A stretch of 64,000 bases of DNA from Minisyncoccia bacterium. GTDB lineage: Bacteria > Patescibacteriota > Minisyncoccia > Moranbacterales > GCA-2747515. Position 1 is the stretch's first letter. Each line of letters opens with the position of its first letter. The notes below the pieces were generated by a model that was not told the DNA's origin, searched no databases, and saw only the letters and a list, made by a program, of their open reading frames with translations. Location of the stretch: positions 6,215 to 70,214 of the forward strand of contig JBGSQF010000004.1 of the NCBI GenBank assembly GCA_041738235.1. The letters run 5' to 3'. The translations under genes were made by a program, and so were the position numbers. Of this stretch, positions 27,661 to 38,241 are shown piece by piece.

Positions 27661-29184
27661 CTACTCTTTCCGAAATCGATATTGTGCCGCTTCGGCGATA
27701 TGGCTCTCGGCGATAATTTCAGACCCTTCCAAATCGGCAATGGTACGCGCCACTTTGATCAATCGAAAATAGCCACGGGCACTAAGAGAAAGTGAGGAGA
27801 TAAGCCTTCGAAGAAGCGTTTGACACTCCTCGCTCAAAGTACAATATTGCTCAATATGTTTTCGACCCATCTCACTATTGGTAAGGATTGAATCTCCAGC
27901 AAAGCGACGGTACTGTCGCTCCCGAGCACTTTCCACGCGTTTTCGAATATTGGCACTTTTCTCTCCTTTCCGAACGTTTTGGAGATGCTCAACCTTCACT
28001 CTCGGGACTTCCACCTGCAGATCAATGCGATCCAGTAGCGGACCCGATATTTTTTTCTGGTAGTTAAGGATTTGATTGGGCGAGCACGAACACATGACTT
28101 CACTATCCCCATGATTCCCACAGGGACATGGATTCATCGCCGCAACTAACATACAGTTGGCCGGGAAGGTAAATGACCCTTTGGCACGAGACACCACGAT
28201 CGTGCCTTCTTCTAAGGGTTGTCGCAATGTTTCGAGTACCGACCGTGAAAACTCCGCAAACTCATCGAGAAAAAGAACCCCCCGATGTGCCAAAGAGATC
28301 TCCCCCGGCTTGGGAACCGATCCCCCTCCCACAAGCGATACCGCACTGGCGCTATGATGAGGACTTCGGAAAGGTCGCGTATGAAGGAGTGCTGTATCTT
28401 TAGGAAGAAGCCCCGAGGCGGAAAATATTTTGGTGATCTCCAGCGACTCTTCCAAAGTAAGCCGTGGCAGTATTCCCGCACTTGCCCGCGCCAACATCGT
28501 TTTCCCACTACCGGGACTGCCAGCAAGAAGGATGTTGTGCCCGCCAGCCGCCGCTATCTCCAAAGCGCGTTTTGCCTGTTCTTGTCCGGCAACCTCTGCC
28601 ATATCTTCTCCCTGAAAGTCTTCCTCGTACTCTCCATGCCCAGAAAATACGGCCGAATCGATCAGGTTCTTTTTTTCTAGGTGAAGAACGAGTTGTCTCA
28701 GAGAATCCACCGGAAACACCGAGATGCCCTTCACAACACTGCACTCCCGCACATTTTCTCGCGGAACATAAAGCTCCTCAAACCCTTTCTCTTTAGCCAA
28801 AAGCGCTAGCATCAACCCTCCGTGAATTGGTCGAACCGTACCGTCCAGCGACAACTCCCCGGCAAATAGTTTCCCACGATAATCAAAAGAAACCTGATCC
28901 GTGATCAACAAAAATCCCATCGCCATCGGCAAATCATAGACCGGACCTACCTTTGGCACATCGGCAGGAGCCAGGTTGACCGTTACCCGCCCCGAAAGAT
29001 ATGGGGGATTGAACCCGCTATTCTTTAGTGCTGCTTCTACACGATTTTTTGCCTCCTTTACTGCGGCATCGGGAAGCCCCGCCAATATCAGGTTTGGCAT
29101 TCCACCACCCAAAACATCCGTCTCAACCTCGACCAACATCCCCTCAAGCCCCACCACAGCACCCGAATATACTTTAGATGGCAT
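27661..29184 (-). CDS. comM: YifB/ComM Mg-chelatase-like AAA+ ATPase
   Basis: GLPDAAVKE, VNLAPA, GSPGSGKT, RPFRSPHHS, PGEISLAHRGVLFLDE, AMNPCPCG. Confidence 0.93.
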   Translation of the reverse strand: MPSKVYSGAVVGLEGMLVEVETDVLGGGMPNLILAGLPDAAVKEAKNRVEAALKNSGFNPPYLSGRVTVNLAPADVPKVGPVYDLPMAMGFLLITDQVSFDYRGKLFAGELSLDGTVRPIHGGLMLALLAKEKGFEELYVPRENVRECSVVKGISVFPVDSLRQLVLHLEKKNLIDSAVFSGHGEYEEDFQGEDMAEVAGQEQAKRALEIAAAGGHNILLAGSPGSGKTMLARASAGILPRLTLEESLEITKIFSASGLLPKDTALLHTRPFRSPHHSASAVSLVGGGSVPKPGEISLAHRGVLFLDEFAEFSRSVLETLRQPLEEGTIVVSRAKGSFTFPANCMLVAAMNPCPCGNHGDSEVMCSCSPNQILNYQKKISGPLLDRIDLQVEVPRVKVEHLQNVRKGEKSANIRKRVESARERQYRRFAGDSILTNSEMGRKHIEQYCTLSEECQTLLRRLISSLSLSARGYFRLIKVARTIADLEGSEIIAESHIAEAAQYRFRKE

Positions 29185-29243
29185 ATTTCTGAGATAAAAA
29201 GGATAACACCCCACTCTACCAGACCCAGTCTGATCTTTCAAAT

Positions 29244-29654
29244 TTACTTCATCTGCTTGTCCTTCCAAACAACTATCGACCACGCCATGCACAGCGCCCC
29301 CAAAAAAAGAAGCCCGTCAGAAATATTAAAGACAAACCATCCAAAAAAGTCAAATATATCCCTTACACAACCGTAATACATTCTATCCAAAATATTTGAG
29401 ACCGCTCCGGCAAGAAACATCCCCAAACCCAGTAAAAAATATTGCCCTCCCCAGACTTCTCTCAAAAGAAAAGTGAAGTAGAAGAAGAGCAACAAACCAA
29501 CTACCGTCAAAAATAACCCCCATCCAGCAAAAAAACCGAAGGAAATACCCCCGTTGCAAATCCCGGAAAAACCAAAAAAAGCGCTTTTTGCCAATCGGTC
29601 GACAAAAAACAAACAAGTCGACGCAAAAAAAGCAAAAACCGCTTTCTTTAACAT
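29244..29654 (-). CDS. lspA: Signal peptidase II
   Basis: NGGISFG, GAVSNILDR, VRD, FNISD. Confidence 0.85.
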   Translation of the reverse strand: MLKKAVFAFFASTCLFFVDRLAKSAFFGFSGICNGGISFGFFAGWGLFLTVVGLLLFFYFTFLLREVWGGQYFLLGLGMFLAGAVSNILDRMYYGCVRDIFDFFGWFVFNISDGLLFLGALCMAWSIVVWKDKQMK

Positions 29655-29669
29655 ACCGCCGATCAAAGA

Positions 29670-30020
29670 TTAAACATCAGCGCAAGTCCGAGCCATTGGA
29701 AGAGCTTCTAATCGTTCTCTTGGGATCTCTCTTCCCGTTTTTTCGCAGATACCATAAGTTCCAGCGTCTATTTTTGCCAGTGCATCCAACGCATCCCTCA
29801 GATTAGCCTCCAAGGATCTCTCCAAAGATCGATTATTGTCATTGATCTCTGTTTCTGTCGCACTATCATCCATATCACTTCCCAGATTCTCCTCGATCGT
29901 CCTATATTCCCCTTCCTCTCCGAATGGTTTTGCAAAACGAGAAAGATCATTTTCAAGTGATTTCTTTTCTTCCAACAACCTTTCCCTCATATTTTCCAAA
30001 AATTCTTTATCGTATGCCAT
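29670..30020 (-). CDS. TraR/DksA-family protein
   Basis: DDSA coiled-coil tip; GTYGICEKTG…ERLEALPMARTC (only two Cys). Confidence 0.85.
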   Translation of the reverse strand: MAYDKEFLENMRERLLEEKKSLENDLSRFAKPFGEEGEYRTIEENLGSDMDDSATETEINDNNRSLERSLEANLRDALDALAKIDAGTYGICEKTGREIPRERLEALPMARTCADV

Positions 30021-30093
30021 ACACTTTTCTTAAAGATTATTGGACCCATTTCTAAACTACGCCTATTAGTATACAGAATATTCTCCCCTATGT

Positions 30094-30498
30094 CTACAAA
30101 AAAATATTCTTCAGATGTTTGATGTCTACGCTCCTCCCTTTTTCATAAGTAATACCAATAACATCAAAGCGATATTTCTCTCCCATTTTTTTATTTTCAG
30201 TTAAATAGCGAAATGAGCTTTGTTGTAAATGGGCGATCTTGTGCACATCTACAAACATCTCAGGCGGAAGATCATACTTTCCAAGGCGTTTTCTTGTCTT
30301 GACCTCCACAAAAACGATCTCTTGCTCATCCTGCGCTATAATATCGATCTCACCAACACGATACCCCCTCTTATTAACATAGTTTCTTTCCAAGATCCTA
30401 TAGCCCAACTTCTTAAGAAACTGCTCTGCAATATCTTCCCCCTTTTGCCCCCATTTGTGAGAATTGCCCAATTTTTTTGGAAAAAATAGTTTAAACAT
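30094..30498 (-). CDS. yraN: YraN-family PD-(D/E)xK nuclease
   Basis: GQKGEDIA, GEIDIIA, FVEVKTR, RFDVI. Confidence 0.92.
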   Translation of the reverse strand: MFKLFFPKKLGNSHKWGQKGEDIAEQFLKKLGYRILERNYVNKRGYRVGEIDIIAQDEQEIVFVEVKTRKRLGKYDLPPEMFVDVHKIAHLQQSSFRYLTENKKMGEKYRFDVIGITYEKGRSVDIKHLKNIFL

Positions 30499-30556
30499 GA
30501 TCAAAAATCCATATTATTATCTTGCTGGTATACTAGTATACCAGATATTAAAAAAC

Positions 30557-30576
30557 AAAAAAACGGCCTTTCGCCG
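30557..30576 (-). terminator. Intrinsic terminator of the candidate ncRNA
   Basis: Minus strand CGGC-GAAAG-GCCG-UUUUUUU. Confidence 0.6.
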
Positions 30577-31039
30577 AATCTCTTCTTCTCAATATGCTCA
30601 AAAAGTGTTTTGACACCGGGCGCTGAGGCCCAAAATATATAATATATGGCTAGCGCCCGATGCTGTTGTCGCGACAACATTTCGTTTCGGATGCCCGGGT
30701 GAGAGCATCTCTTTAAACTCAATGTTTTTTGTTCACGACTGGTTTAGTTCCCCATCCCCCGGTGATCCTATCACCTTTTTTAAAGAGCTAACTGTGCGCT
30801 TTTTTGTTTGTTTTTGTTTTGCGCTTTTTGGGAACTCCCACGCGCGAGAGTTTTTCTTTTCATTCGAGAAAATTTCCCGGGCGTGGAAGTCCACCGTATT
30901 TTGTTTTTGTTTTTTTTGTTTGTGTCGATGCATTGATCGACTTTTTTTGAGGGGTCAGCAGAACCGACTTGATCACATGAACTATATGATCAAATCGGTT
31001 CTGCCGAAAGGAAAACTATTTTTAAAGTACTCCACTGAT
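30557..31039 (-). ncRNA. Candidate large structured non-coding RNA of unknown class
   Basis: Own promoter and terminator; several long helices whose G.U pairs form only on the minus strand; no credible ORF. Confidence 0.65.
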
Positions 31040-31045
31040 ATGCAT

Positions 31046-31074
31046 AGTATAGCACACTTTTTACCCCGAGTCAA
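31046..31074 (-). promoter_or_regulatory. sigma70 promoter of the candidate ncRNA
   Basis: Minus strand TTGACT-17 bp-TATACT with extended TG. Confidence 0.75.
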
Positions 31075-31171
31075 AACTTACTCCCTTTTTCTTTCATTTA
31101 AGACAACTCTCTACTAAAATTTGTGTACAAACCTTCTACTATTAACTCACCAAAAAAAGTAAGTTACTTTT

Positions 31172-32503
31172 TTACGGCATTGCTATTTTTCCGTCCAACG
31201 TATCCAAAACGGCACGCAATGAACCTTTGCTGGAGGAAATAAGCAATGTATCTCTTCGAAATGTATAATCAAGGGAAAGGTCGTTACCCAGATCTATATT
31301 ATGGTAGCGAACAGCATACTCTCTATAGACTTGATCATTAAAAACCGCTTTTTCGGGATTACTTATAACCTTACCCATATAAATAGGCAAAAGGTCACTC
31401 ACCATCTCTGGCTCAATAGCAAGAAGTCCTGCCAAAGCAGAATCGCGAGAAGTTGTTTCTAATGCAACTGCCACACGCACTTCCGCTCCTTTTTTATCCA
31501 AGTAAACCCTTCCCTCGCCAGTTTCTTTTAAGAGAGCCTTGATAGATTCCGGAAGAGTTATCCCCAATTTATCCACCAACGCTTTACTTGAAACCGTTGT
31601 TAAATTATTGAGATTGTCCACAAAGTAAAATTCCAAAACGCCTTCACCCTTATACAGAGAAAAGTCATTTATCGCTTTTTCAATCTCAGAAAGAGCGCTC
31701 TTTCCACCTTGGTCATCGATAATAATAGTATTGGCAATCTTCCAATCATATTTAAAGGGTACCTCATTGCTTGGAGGAGTGACGGGATTGTTATCCACAA
31801 TAATAGGTAGCTGCTCTGGCGTAACCGGGGGCACCGCTCGACTCTTCCAATAGTAATAGCCTCCCCAAGCAATCAGCCCTATCAGCACGAACACCAGTAC
31901 TACAAAAAATACTTGAAATCCCCTCCCGGGAGATCCTCCTCGAACCGCCTTTTTTGGCATCACATCCAACTCATTCCTCCCAGAGTAATTTTCAACTGGC
32001 AAAGATTTTGGTAGATCATCCCCCAAAGTCGTCATTCCCATGCCATCAATAGACCGCGTAGCTCCATTTTGTACATTTCCCTCAACCTCTTTAATCGATT
32101 CTTTAATGGGGGACCCCACTTGATCGATACTTTCTTTCTGTTCTACAAACACAGGAGTCTCTTTTGAGAAAGCCCCGGTATCAATACCAGCAACATCTTT
32201 TGTGACATTCACAGACTCCTCTGGAGAAACAGCCTGAACATCCCCCTTCAAACCAAAAAAAGGCGAATTCTCAGGAATTTCAACCGCTTCTGGTATAGGA
32301 AGGTCTTGGCCCTGGGAGAGATCGTGTTGAGCAAAGTCTTTTTGAAAAACCCGATTCCCTTCCTTTTTAGAACTGGTGTTTGGAACGATCCCATCATATT
32401 TGGGAGAAGACGGTATGAAAGTTCGGATATTTTTTGGATCAATAACAACGTCGTCCAAATCATTCACGTTCGCATCTTGTATTTTGTTTTGTTTTGCAAA
32501 CAT
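31172..32503 (-). CDS. Single-pass membrane hypothetical protein
   Basis: Low-complexity N-terminus, central TM helix, folded C-terminal domain. Confidence 0.75.
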   Translation of the reverse strand: MFAKQNKIQDANVNDLDDVVIDPKNIRTFIPSSPKYDGIVPNTSSKKEGNRVFQKDFAQHDLSQGQDLPIPEAVEIPENSPFFGLKGDVQAVSPEESVNVTKDVAGIDTGAFSKETPVFVEQKESIDQVGSPIKESIKEVEGNVQNGATRSIDGMGMTTLGDDLPKSLPVENYSGRNELDVMPKKAVRGGSPGRGFQVFFVVLVFVLIGLIAWGGYYYWKSRAVPPVTPEQLPIIVDNNPVTPPSNEVPFKYDWKIANTIIIDDQGGKSALSEIEKAINDFSLYKGEGVLEFYFVDNLNNLTTVSSKALVDKLGITLPESIKALLKETGEGRVYLDKKGAEVRVAVALETTSRDSALAGLLAIEPEMVSDLLPIYMGKVISNPEKAVFNDQVYREYAVRYHNIDLGNDLSLDYTFRRDTLLISSSKGSLRAVLDTLDGKIAMP

Positions 32504-32567
32504 AGAAAATTTTTCAATTGATTGTATTGTACACCAATATCAAATGACTCGCAACACAACCCTATTT

Positions 32568-34703
32568 CTATGCAACCTTAGGCACATCTTTCATGGTCAA
32601 ATTTATTCTTCCCTGCTTATCAATTTCCTTTACCTTGACAGAAACCATATCTCCTACATTCACAACATCCTCTACACGTTCCACCCGCCTATCGGAAAGT
32701 TCGGATATGTGAACCAACCCCTCTTGTCCCGGTAAAATCTCCACAAAAGCACCAAAGTTCATAATACGCTTTACTTGTCCCTGAAATACCTCGCCGGCTC
32801 GAACCTCACGGGTAATATTACGTACCCACTCCTCGGCTTTCTTAGCACTTATCTCGTCAGTTGACGTAATAAAAACCAATCCGTCATCTTCAATATCGAT
32901 CTCAACTCCAGTCTCATCAATGATCTGATTTATCACCTTTCCTCCAGGGCCGATGACATCACGTATCTTTTCTGGGTTGATATGGATCGTAATGATCCTC
33001 GGTGCATATGGGGACATCTCCTTTCTCGGTCCAGAAAGCAAAGCCTCGATCATGTCCAAGATCTCCAGGCGGTTTACATGCGATTGTTTTAAGACAGCAG
33101 CTAACATCTCCGTATTTACTCCATCAACCTTTACATCCATCTGCAAAGCCGTCACACCTTCTCGAGTCCCAGCCACCTTGAAGTCCATATCCCCAAAGTG
33201 ATCCTCCAAACCTTGAATATCTGTCAACACCTTAAACGCGGGAGCATTGCTCTCTTTATTCTGTGTGTCAATTATGATTCCCATAGCAATACCGCTCGCA
33301 GGAGCCTTAATAGGAACACCGGCGTCCATAAGAGCCAATGTAGACCCACATACCGACGCCATTGAAGAAGATCCGTTCGATTCCAATACCTCACTCACCA
33401 CTCGAATTGCATAGGGAAAATTCTCCTTTGAAGGAATAAGTGGCTCAATAGCACGCTCTGCGAGCGCTCCATGACCGATCTCTCTTCTGCCTGGTCCACG
33501 CATTGGACGCACTTCACCAACCGAGAAAGCGGGAAAGTTATAATGGTGCATGTACCGCTTCTTGACATCTGTTTCTTCCATCGTATCGATCAACTGCTCC
33601 ATGCCTGGTGCGCCTAGTGTGGCAACGCTTAACACTTGCGTCTCCCCTCGTGTGAACAACCCTGTTCCATGAGTTCTAGGTAGGACTCCTGCCTGACAGT
33701 TAATAGGTCGGAGCTGTGTTAATGTTCTGTGATCTGGACGCAATTCTTGTTCAAGAACGTTTTTGTGAACCAATTCGTCGGCCACTGTATCGATAATGAT
33801 CTCTGCTGCCTCCTTCATCTTACCTCGATTCTCTTCTGGAACACTCTCTTTTACAAAGGTAAAAACGGCATCTCGTATCATTGACAATCTCTCGTATTTT
33901 TTAGCCTTTTCTTCTTGACTATACAAAGCATCTTCATATTCCTTTTCTTCCAATATAGACCGTATGCTCTTCTCAAAATCCTCCTCCCAAGAAACCATGA
34001 TCGGTGTTGCCTTCTCTTTTCCAGCTTCCAAACGAATACCTTCGACAAAATCCACGATCTTCTCGATCGCTTGTTGTCCAAACGCAAATGCCTCTACCAC
34101 TTTTTCCTCAGAAACTTCCTTTGCCCCCGCTTCCACCATGTTTATCTTATTCTTCGTTCCAGATATTGCTAGATCCAAAATACTTTCCTCTCGCTCGCTT
34201 TGTATGGGATTAAGAATAAATCCTTCACCATTCATCCCCACTCGAACAGCTGCAACTGGTCCACTCCACGGAATATCAGAGAGATGAAGCGCCGTAGAGG
34301 CGGCAACGATAGCAACAATATCTGGATCATTTTCTTGGTCAATGGACAGCACGGTCACAACAACCTGCACATCATTTCGCATGCGCATATCAAAGAGCGG
34401 TCGAATTGTTCGATCTACCAAGCGCCCCGTCAATACTGCTTCATCCGTTGGGCGCCCTTCTCGTTTTACAAAACGACTCCCTTTGATCTTGCCAGATGCA
34501 TAAAAACGCTCCTCATAATCCACCATAAGTGGAAAATATCCCGAAACAAAGGAAGCGCCCCTGCTCATCGTTGCAGTTGCCAACACCACTGTATCACCAT
34601 AGCTCACTCTCACCGAACCATTTGCCTGCTTAGCAAGCATTCCCGTTTCAATAACCAGGTCTCTTCCTCCAATTTGGAGCGTCCATTTTTTTACCTCTTG
34701 CAT
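32568..34703 (-). CDS. pnp: Polyribonucleotide nucleotidyltransferase
   Basis: AKQANGS, RREIGHGALAERA, SNGSSSMASVC, GDMDFKVAG, KH and S1 domains. Confidence 0.98.
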   Translation of the reverse strand: MQEVKKWTLQIGGRDLVIETGMLAKQANGSVRVSYGDTVVLATATMSRGASFVSGYFPLMVDYEERFYASGKIKGSRFVKREGRPTDEAVLTGRLVDRTIRPLFDMRMRNDVQVVVTVLSIDQENDPDIVAIVAASTALHLSDIPWSGPVAAVRVGMNGEGFILNPIQSEREESILDLAISGTKNKINMVEAGAKEVSEEKVVEAFAFGQQAIEKIVDFVEGIRLEAGKEKATPIMVSWEEDFEKSIRSILEEKEYEDALYSQEEKAKKYERLSMIRDAVFTFVKESVPEENRGKMKEAAEIIIDTVADELVHKNVLEQELRPDHRTLTQLRPINCQAGVLPRTHGTGLFTRGETQVLSVATLGAPGMEQLIDTMEETDVKKRYMHHYNFPAFSVGEVRPMRGPGRREIGHGALAERAIEPLIPSKENFPYAIRVVSEVLESNGSSSMASVCGSTLALMDAGVPIKAPASGIAMGIIIDTQNKESNAPAFKVLTDIQGLEDHFGDMDFKVAGTREGVTALQMDVKVDGVNTEMLAAVLKQSHVNRLEILDMIEALLSGPRKEMSPYAPRIITIHINPEKIRDVIGPGGKVINQIIDETGVEIDIEDDGLVFITSTDEISAKKAEEWVRNITREVRAGEVFQGQVKRIMNFGAFVEILPGQEGLVHISELSDRRVERVEDVVNVGDMVSVKVKEIDKQGRINLTMKDVPKVA

Positions 34704-34814
34704 AAAACGCCTTGGTCCTGAGAATACCGTAATATACACGTCTCAGAGCGCAAACAACGATCTGGGATGTGCCTACAACGACACTTCTCAGGGATACTTA
34801 ACAAATAAAAAAAC

Positions 34815-35339
34815 TCACTTCTTCTTGTGAAACTTTCTCTCAGCCACAAGATACTTCGACTTGTCCGCGGAAAGGTCGATAAAATCATCCACCGCCTCAC
34901 GCAACTTTGCACTTGTGGACTCCCCGAAGGCAATTGCCTCCACACGACAACCGGCCGTATTCTGCAAATATTCCACCAAAGGAACATAGTCTCCGTCGCC
35001 CGAGACCAGGACTATAACATCAAGACTTTTTGAGAGTTTAACAGCATCCACTGTAATACCTACGTCCCAATCACCTTTTTTTGCCCCACCGGGGAATATC
35101 TGAAGATCCTTGGTCTTCATCTCGTAACCACTCTTTTCCATAGCCTCAAAGAAGGGTTCTTCAGACCCCTCTTCTGTTTTGATGCCATACGCAATAGCGC
35201 GAATCAACTTTCTCTCGCTTACGGCATCTTCCAATACCTGCTTAAAATTCACTTTTTTCCCATACAAAACACGGGCGCTATAATACAAGTTCTGTATATC
35301 CACCAATACGCCAACGCGTTGTTCTATAAATTTTGCCAT
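34815..35339 (-). CDS. NYN-domain (LabA/DUF88) PIN-like nuclease
   Basis: VDIQNL, KGDWDV, LVSGDGDYVPL, LREAVDDF. Confidence 0.9.
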   Translation of the reverse strand: MAKFIEQRVGVLVDIQNLYYSARVLYGKKVNFKQVLEDAVSERKLIRAIAYGIKTEEGSEEPFFEAMEKSGYEMKTKDLQIFPGGAKKGDWDVGITVDAVKLSKSLDVIVLVSGDGDYVPLVEYLQNTAGCRVEAIAFGESTSAKLREAVDDFIDLSADKSKYLVAERKFHKKK

Positions 35340-35381
35340 ACTTTGTTTTCAAAAACAGAAAAACCTTTCAACAAGATAGCT

Positions 35382-35651
35382 CTATTTCTTCAAACCAAGC
35401 TTCTTGATCACCTTCTTATACGTCTTTTCATCTGTCTTTTCAAGATAGGTAAGCATTCTTCGTCTCTTTGAGACCATCCCCAATAAACCCCGTCTTGAGT
35501 GATTATCATTCTTGTTCTTTTTGAGATGAAGTGTCAACCTTCGAATCTCCTCAGTAAAAAGACCGATCTGATATTCCGGGGATCCAGTATCAGAATCGTG
35601 TCTCTGAAATGTCTTTGTAACCTTCTTCTTTTGCGCAGTTGAGAGTGCCAT
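35382..35651 (-). CDS. rpsO: 30S ribosomal protein S15
   Basis: DTGSPEYQI, DNHSRRGLL, KRRRML. Confidence 0.97.
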   Translation of the reverse strand: MALSTAQKKKVTKTFQRHDSDTGSPEYQIGLFTEEIRRLTLHLKKNKNDNHSRRGLLGMVSKRRRMLTYLEKTDEKTYKKVIKKLGLKK

Positions 35652-35764
35652 AAGTGGTACTTCAGCAAAGTATGCGTTCTGCCAATCAGCAAACCCACAC
35701 CCGCTATACTCTAAAAATTAATACCCTCACAATAACAGACTATTCCTTATATTGCAAGCAGACT

Positions 35765-38215
35765 CTACAATATCGTTGCAGCAGAAAGCTGATCCTTTGT
35801 TTTTGGTCGCATAATACGCACACCTTGAGTAGCCCGCCCCAACAAAGGCACGCTTTTAAGAGGAATACGAATAACCTGTCCCCTCTCAGTAATGACGATC
35901 ATGTCTTCTTGCTGCGTTTCATCAGTGCTTACCAGCTTCGCCCAGACGAGATCCCCAGTTTTCGGCGTTACTTTGGCCGTCTTTATCCCTGAGCCTCCAC
36001 GATTTTGCACTTTATAGAACTTAAGTGCCGATCGCTTACCATATCCATTTTGGGCGAGAGCTAAAAGCTCAATTCCCTTCTGTCCTTTGGCAACAACGTC
36101 CATACCCACCAAAATATCATCTTTTTTCATCCGTATTCCCCATACTCCAGCGGCCGTTCTTCCCATAGATCGAACATTGGACTCTTTAAATCGTATAGAT
36201 TGACCTTTTTTGGTCACTAAAACTATCTCATCGCTTCCTACCGTCGGCTTTACCCAACCTAAAGAGTCTTTTTCATCCAACTTTATAGCAAATAAACCAC
36301 TCCTTCGTACTTTGAGAAACTCCTCGATCTTTGTCTTTTTGACCACGCCCTGGGTTGTCGCCATACAGAGAAATTTGTAATCGTCGTCCTTATTAAAAGC
36401 AATGATCTCCGTTATCTTCTCTTCGGGGGCGAGCTGTAGAAAATTCACCGCGCTATTCCCCTTTGATGTTCGAGTTGACTCTGGTATCTCATAAGCCTTC
36501 AACTGAAAAACCTTCCCAAAATTAGTAAAGAAGAGAAGATCATCGTGCGTCATAACGGCACGAAACAACATGACCACATCATCTTCACGAGTGCTTGCAC
36601 CAATAACACCCTTCCCCCCTCGTTTTTGTACCCGATACGCTGAAGGATTCATCCTCTTTATATAACCCCCTCGCGTGAGAGATATCACCGCCTCTTCGTT
36701 GGGAATCACATCTTCCTGTCGAAACGTGCCCACCTCAGACAAAACGACTGCTGTTTTTCTTCCATTTCCATACTTCTTCTTCATCTCCTGCAACTCTGAC
36801 TTAATAAGCGCCAGCATCTTATCCTTGTGCCGAAGAAGATCTTGCAAAAATGCAATGATCTTCTTTTTCTCCGCCAATTCATCCTCAATTTTTCTTCGCT
36901 CAAGCCCGGCAAGTGTCTGAAGGCGCATTTCCAAAATAGCAGTCGCTTGTATGTCCGAGAATTTGAACTTATCACGCAAATTCTTGTGAGCTGTTTCCTT
37001 TGTTTGTGATCGCTTAATGGTCTCGATCACCTCATTGATGTGATCCAATGCTTTCGAAAGACCTTCAAGTATATGAGCGCGTTCTTTCGCTTTTCGAAGA
37101 TCGTACTCGGCTCGTCGTCTTACAACCTCGACACGATGTGCCACATAATACTCCAACATAGCCTTAAGATTGAGCACTTGGGGCTCGATCCCATCGACCA
37201 ATGCCAACATATTTACATTGAAGTTCTTTTGTAGGTCCGTAGTGGCATATAACTTGTTGAGCACCTTCTGTGGATAAGCATCTTTTTTGAGTTCTATTAC
37301 GACACGCACACCATCTTTATCCGATTCATCACGAAGATCTCGTATACCTTGTACCTTTCCATCACGAACCAAACATGCGATCTTTTCCAACATATCCGCC
37401 TTATTGGTGGCATACGTCATTTCTGTCACAATAATATGAAATACTCCCTCTTTTACCTCAATAATATCCGCCTTTGCCCGTGTCACGATCTTTCCGCGCC
37501 CAGTAGCATACGCCTCACGAATATCCTTCTTATTAAAAATGATCCCACCTGTAGGAAAATCAGGTCCCTTCACATATTTTAAAAGATCATCGACCGTAGC
37601 ATCAGGATGATCGATAAGGTACGATATCCCCTCCACCAACTCTTCCAGGTTGTGTGGTGGTATGTTCGTCGCCATTCCAACCGCAATTCCCACCGTTCCA
37701 TTCAGGAGTAACTGAGGGAGTTTTGATGGGAGCACCGTTGGCTCCTTGTGAACACCATCAAAATTCGGCACAAAATCTACCGTTTCCTTGTCGATATCAA
37801 GAAGCATTTCTTCCGCTATAGGACGCAATTTTGCCTCAGTATAACGATATGCCGCAGCGCTATCGCCATCCATAGAACCAAAGTTTCCCTGCCCCCAAAC
37901 AAGTGGATATCGCAAAGAAAAATCCTGTGCCATTCTCACCATGGAATCATACACAGCAACATCACCATGTGGGTGATACTTTCCCAATACTTCTCCGACT
38001 ACCGTAGCCGACTTTCGAAATTTTGCCGTTGATCGAAGTCCACTCCCCCACATTGCGTACAATATCCTACGGTGTACCGGCTTAAGACCGTCACGAACGT
38101 CCGGCAAAGCGCGAGACACGATCACGCTCATCGCATAGTCAAGATACGACTGTTGAATTTCCTCTGTAATAGCGCGATCACGAATAATTCCACCCATTTC
38201 TTGTTTCTGCTCCAT
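35765..38215 (-). CDS. gyrA: DNA gyrase subunit A
   Basis: [25 protein letters not shown], GyrA-box QKRGGKG. Confidence 0.98.
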   Translation of the reverse strand: MEQKQEMGGIIRDRAITEEIQQSYLDYAMSVIVSRALPDVRDGLKPVHRRILYAMWGSGLRSTAKFRKSATVVGEVLGKYHPHGDVAVYDSMVRMAQDFSLRYPLVWGQGNFGSMDGDSAAAYRYTEAKLRPIAEEMLLDIDKETVDFVPNFDGVHKEPTVLPSKLPQLLLNGTVGIAVGMATNIPPHNLEELVEGISYLIDHPDATVDDLLKYVKGPDFPTGGIIFNKKDIREAYATGRGKIVTRAKADIIEVKEGVFHIIVTEMTYATNKADMLEKIACLVRDGKVQGIRDLRDESDKDGVRVVIELKKDAYPQKVLNKLYATTDLQKNFNVNMLALVDGIEPQVLNLKAMLEYYVAHRVEVVRRRAEYDLRKAKERAHILEGLSKALDHINEVIETIKRSQTKETAHKNLRDKFKFSDIQATAILEMRLQTLAGLERRKIEDELAEKKKIIAFLQDLLRHKDKMLALIKSELQEMKKKYGNGRKTAVVLSEVGTFRQEDVIPNEEAVISLTRGGYIKRMNPSAYRVQKRGGKGVIGASTREDDVVMLFRAVMTHDDLLFFTNFGKVFQLKAYEIPESTRTSKGNSAVNFLQLAPEEKITEIIAFNKDDDYKFLCMATTQGVVKKTKIEEFLKVRRSGLFAIKLDEKDSLGWVKPTVGSDEIVLVTKKGQSIRFKESNVRSMGRTAAGVWGIRMKKDDILVGMDVVAKGQKGIELLALAQNGYGKRSALKFYKVQNRGGSGIKTAKVTPKTGDLVWAKLVSTDETQQEDMIVITERGQVIRIPLKSVPLLGRATQGVRIMRPKTKDQLSAATIL

Positions 38216-38241
38216 ATTGATCAACTGTCAAACAATTATTT

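Noticed and set aside
30733-30933. 66-aa K/Q-rich ORF, plus overlapping ORFs 30722-31117 and 30501-30722
   Set aside because: The composition mirrors the CAAAA linkers, the ATG is buried in a hairpin and there is no RBS; RNA structure explains the sequence better, though translation is not formally excluded.
30557-31039. RNase P RNA, tmRNA, SRP RNA, 6S RNA or T-box assignment
   Set aside because: None of their hallmark motifs were found on either strand by eye; an Rfam search is still needed.
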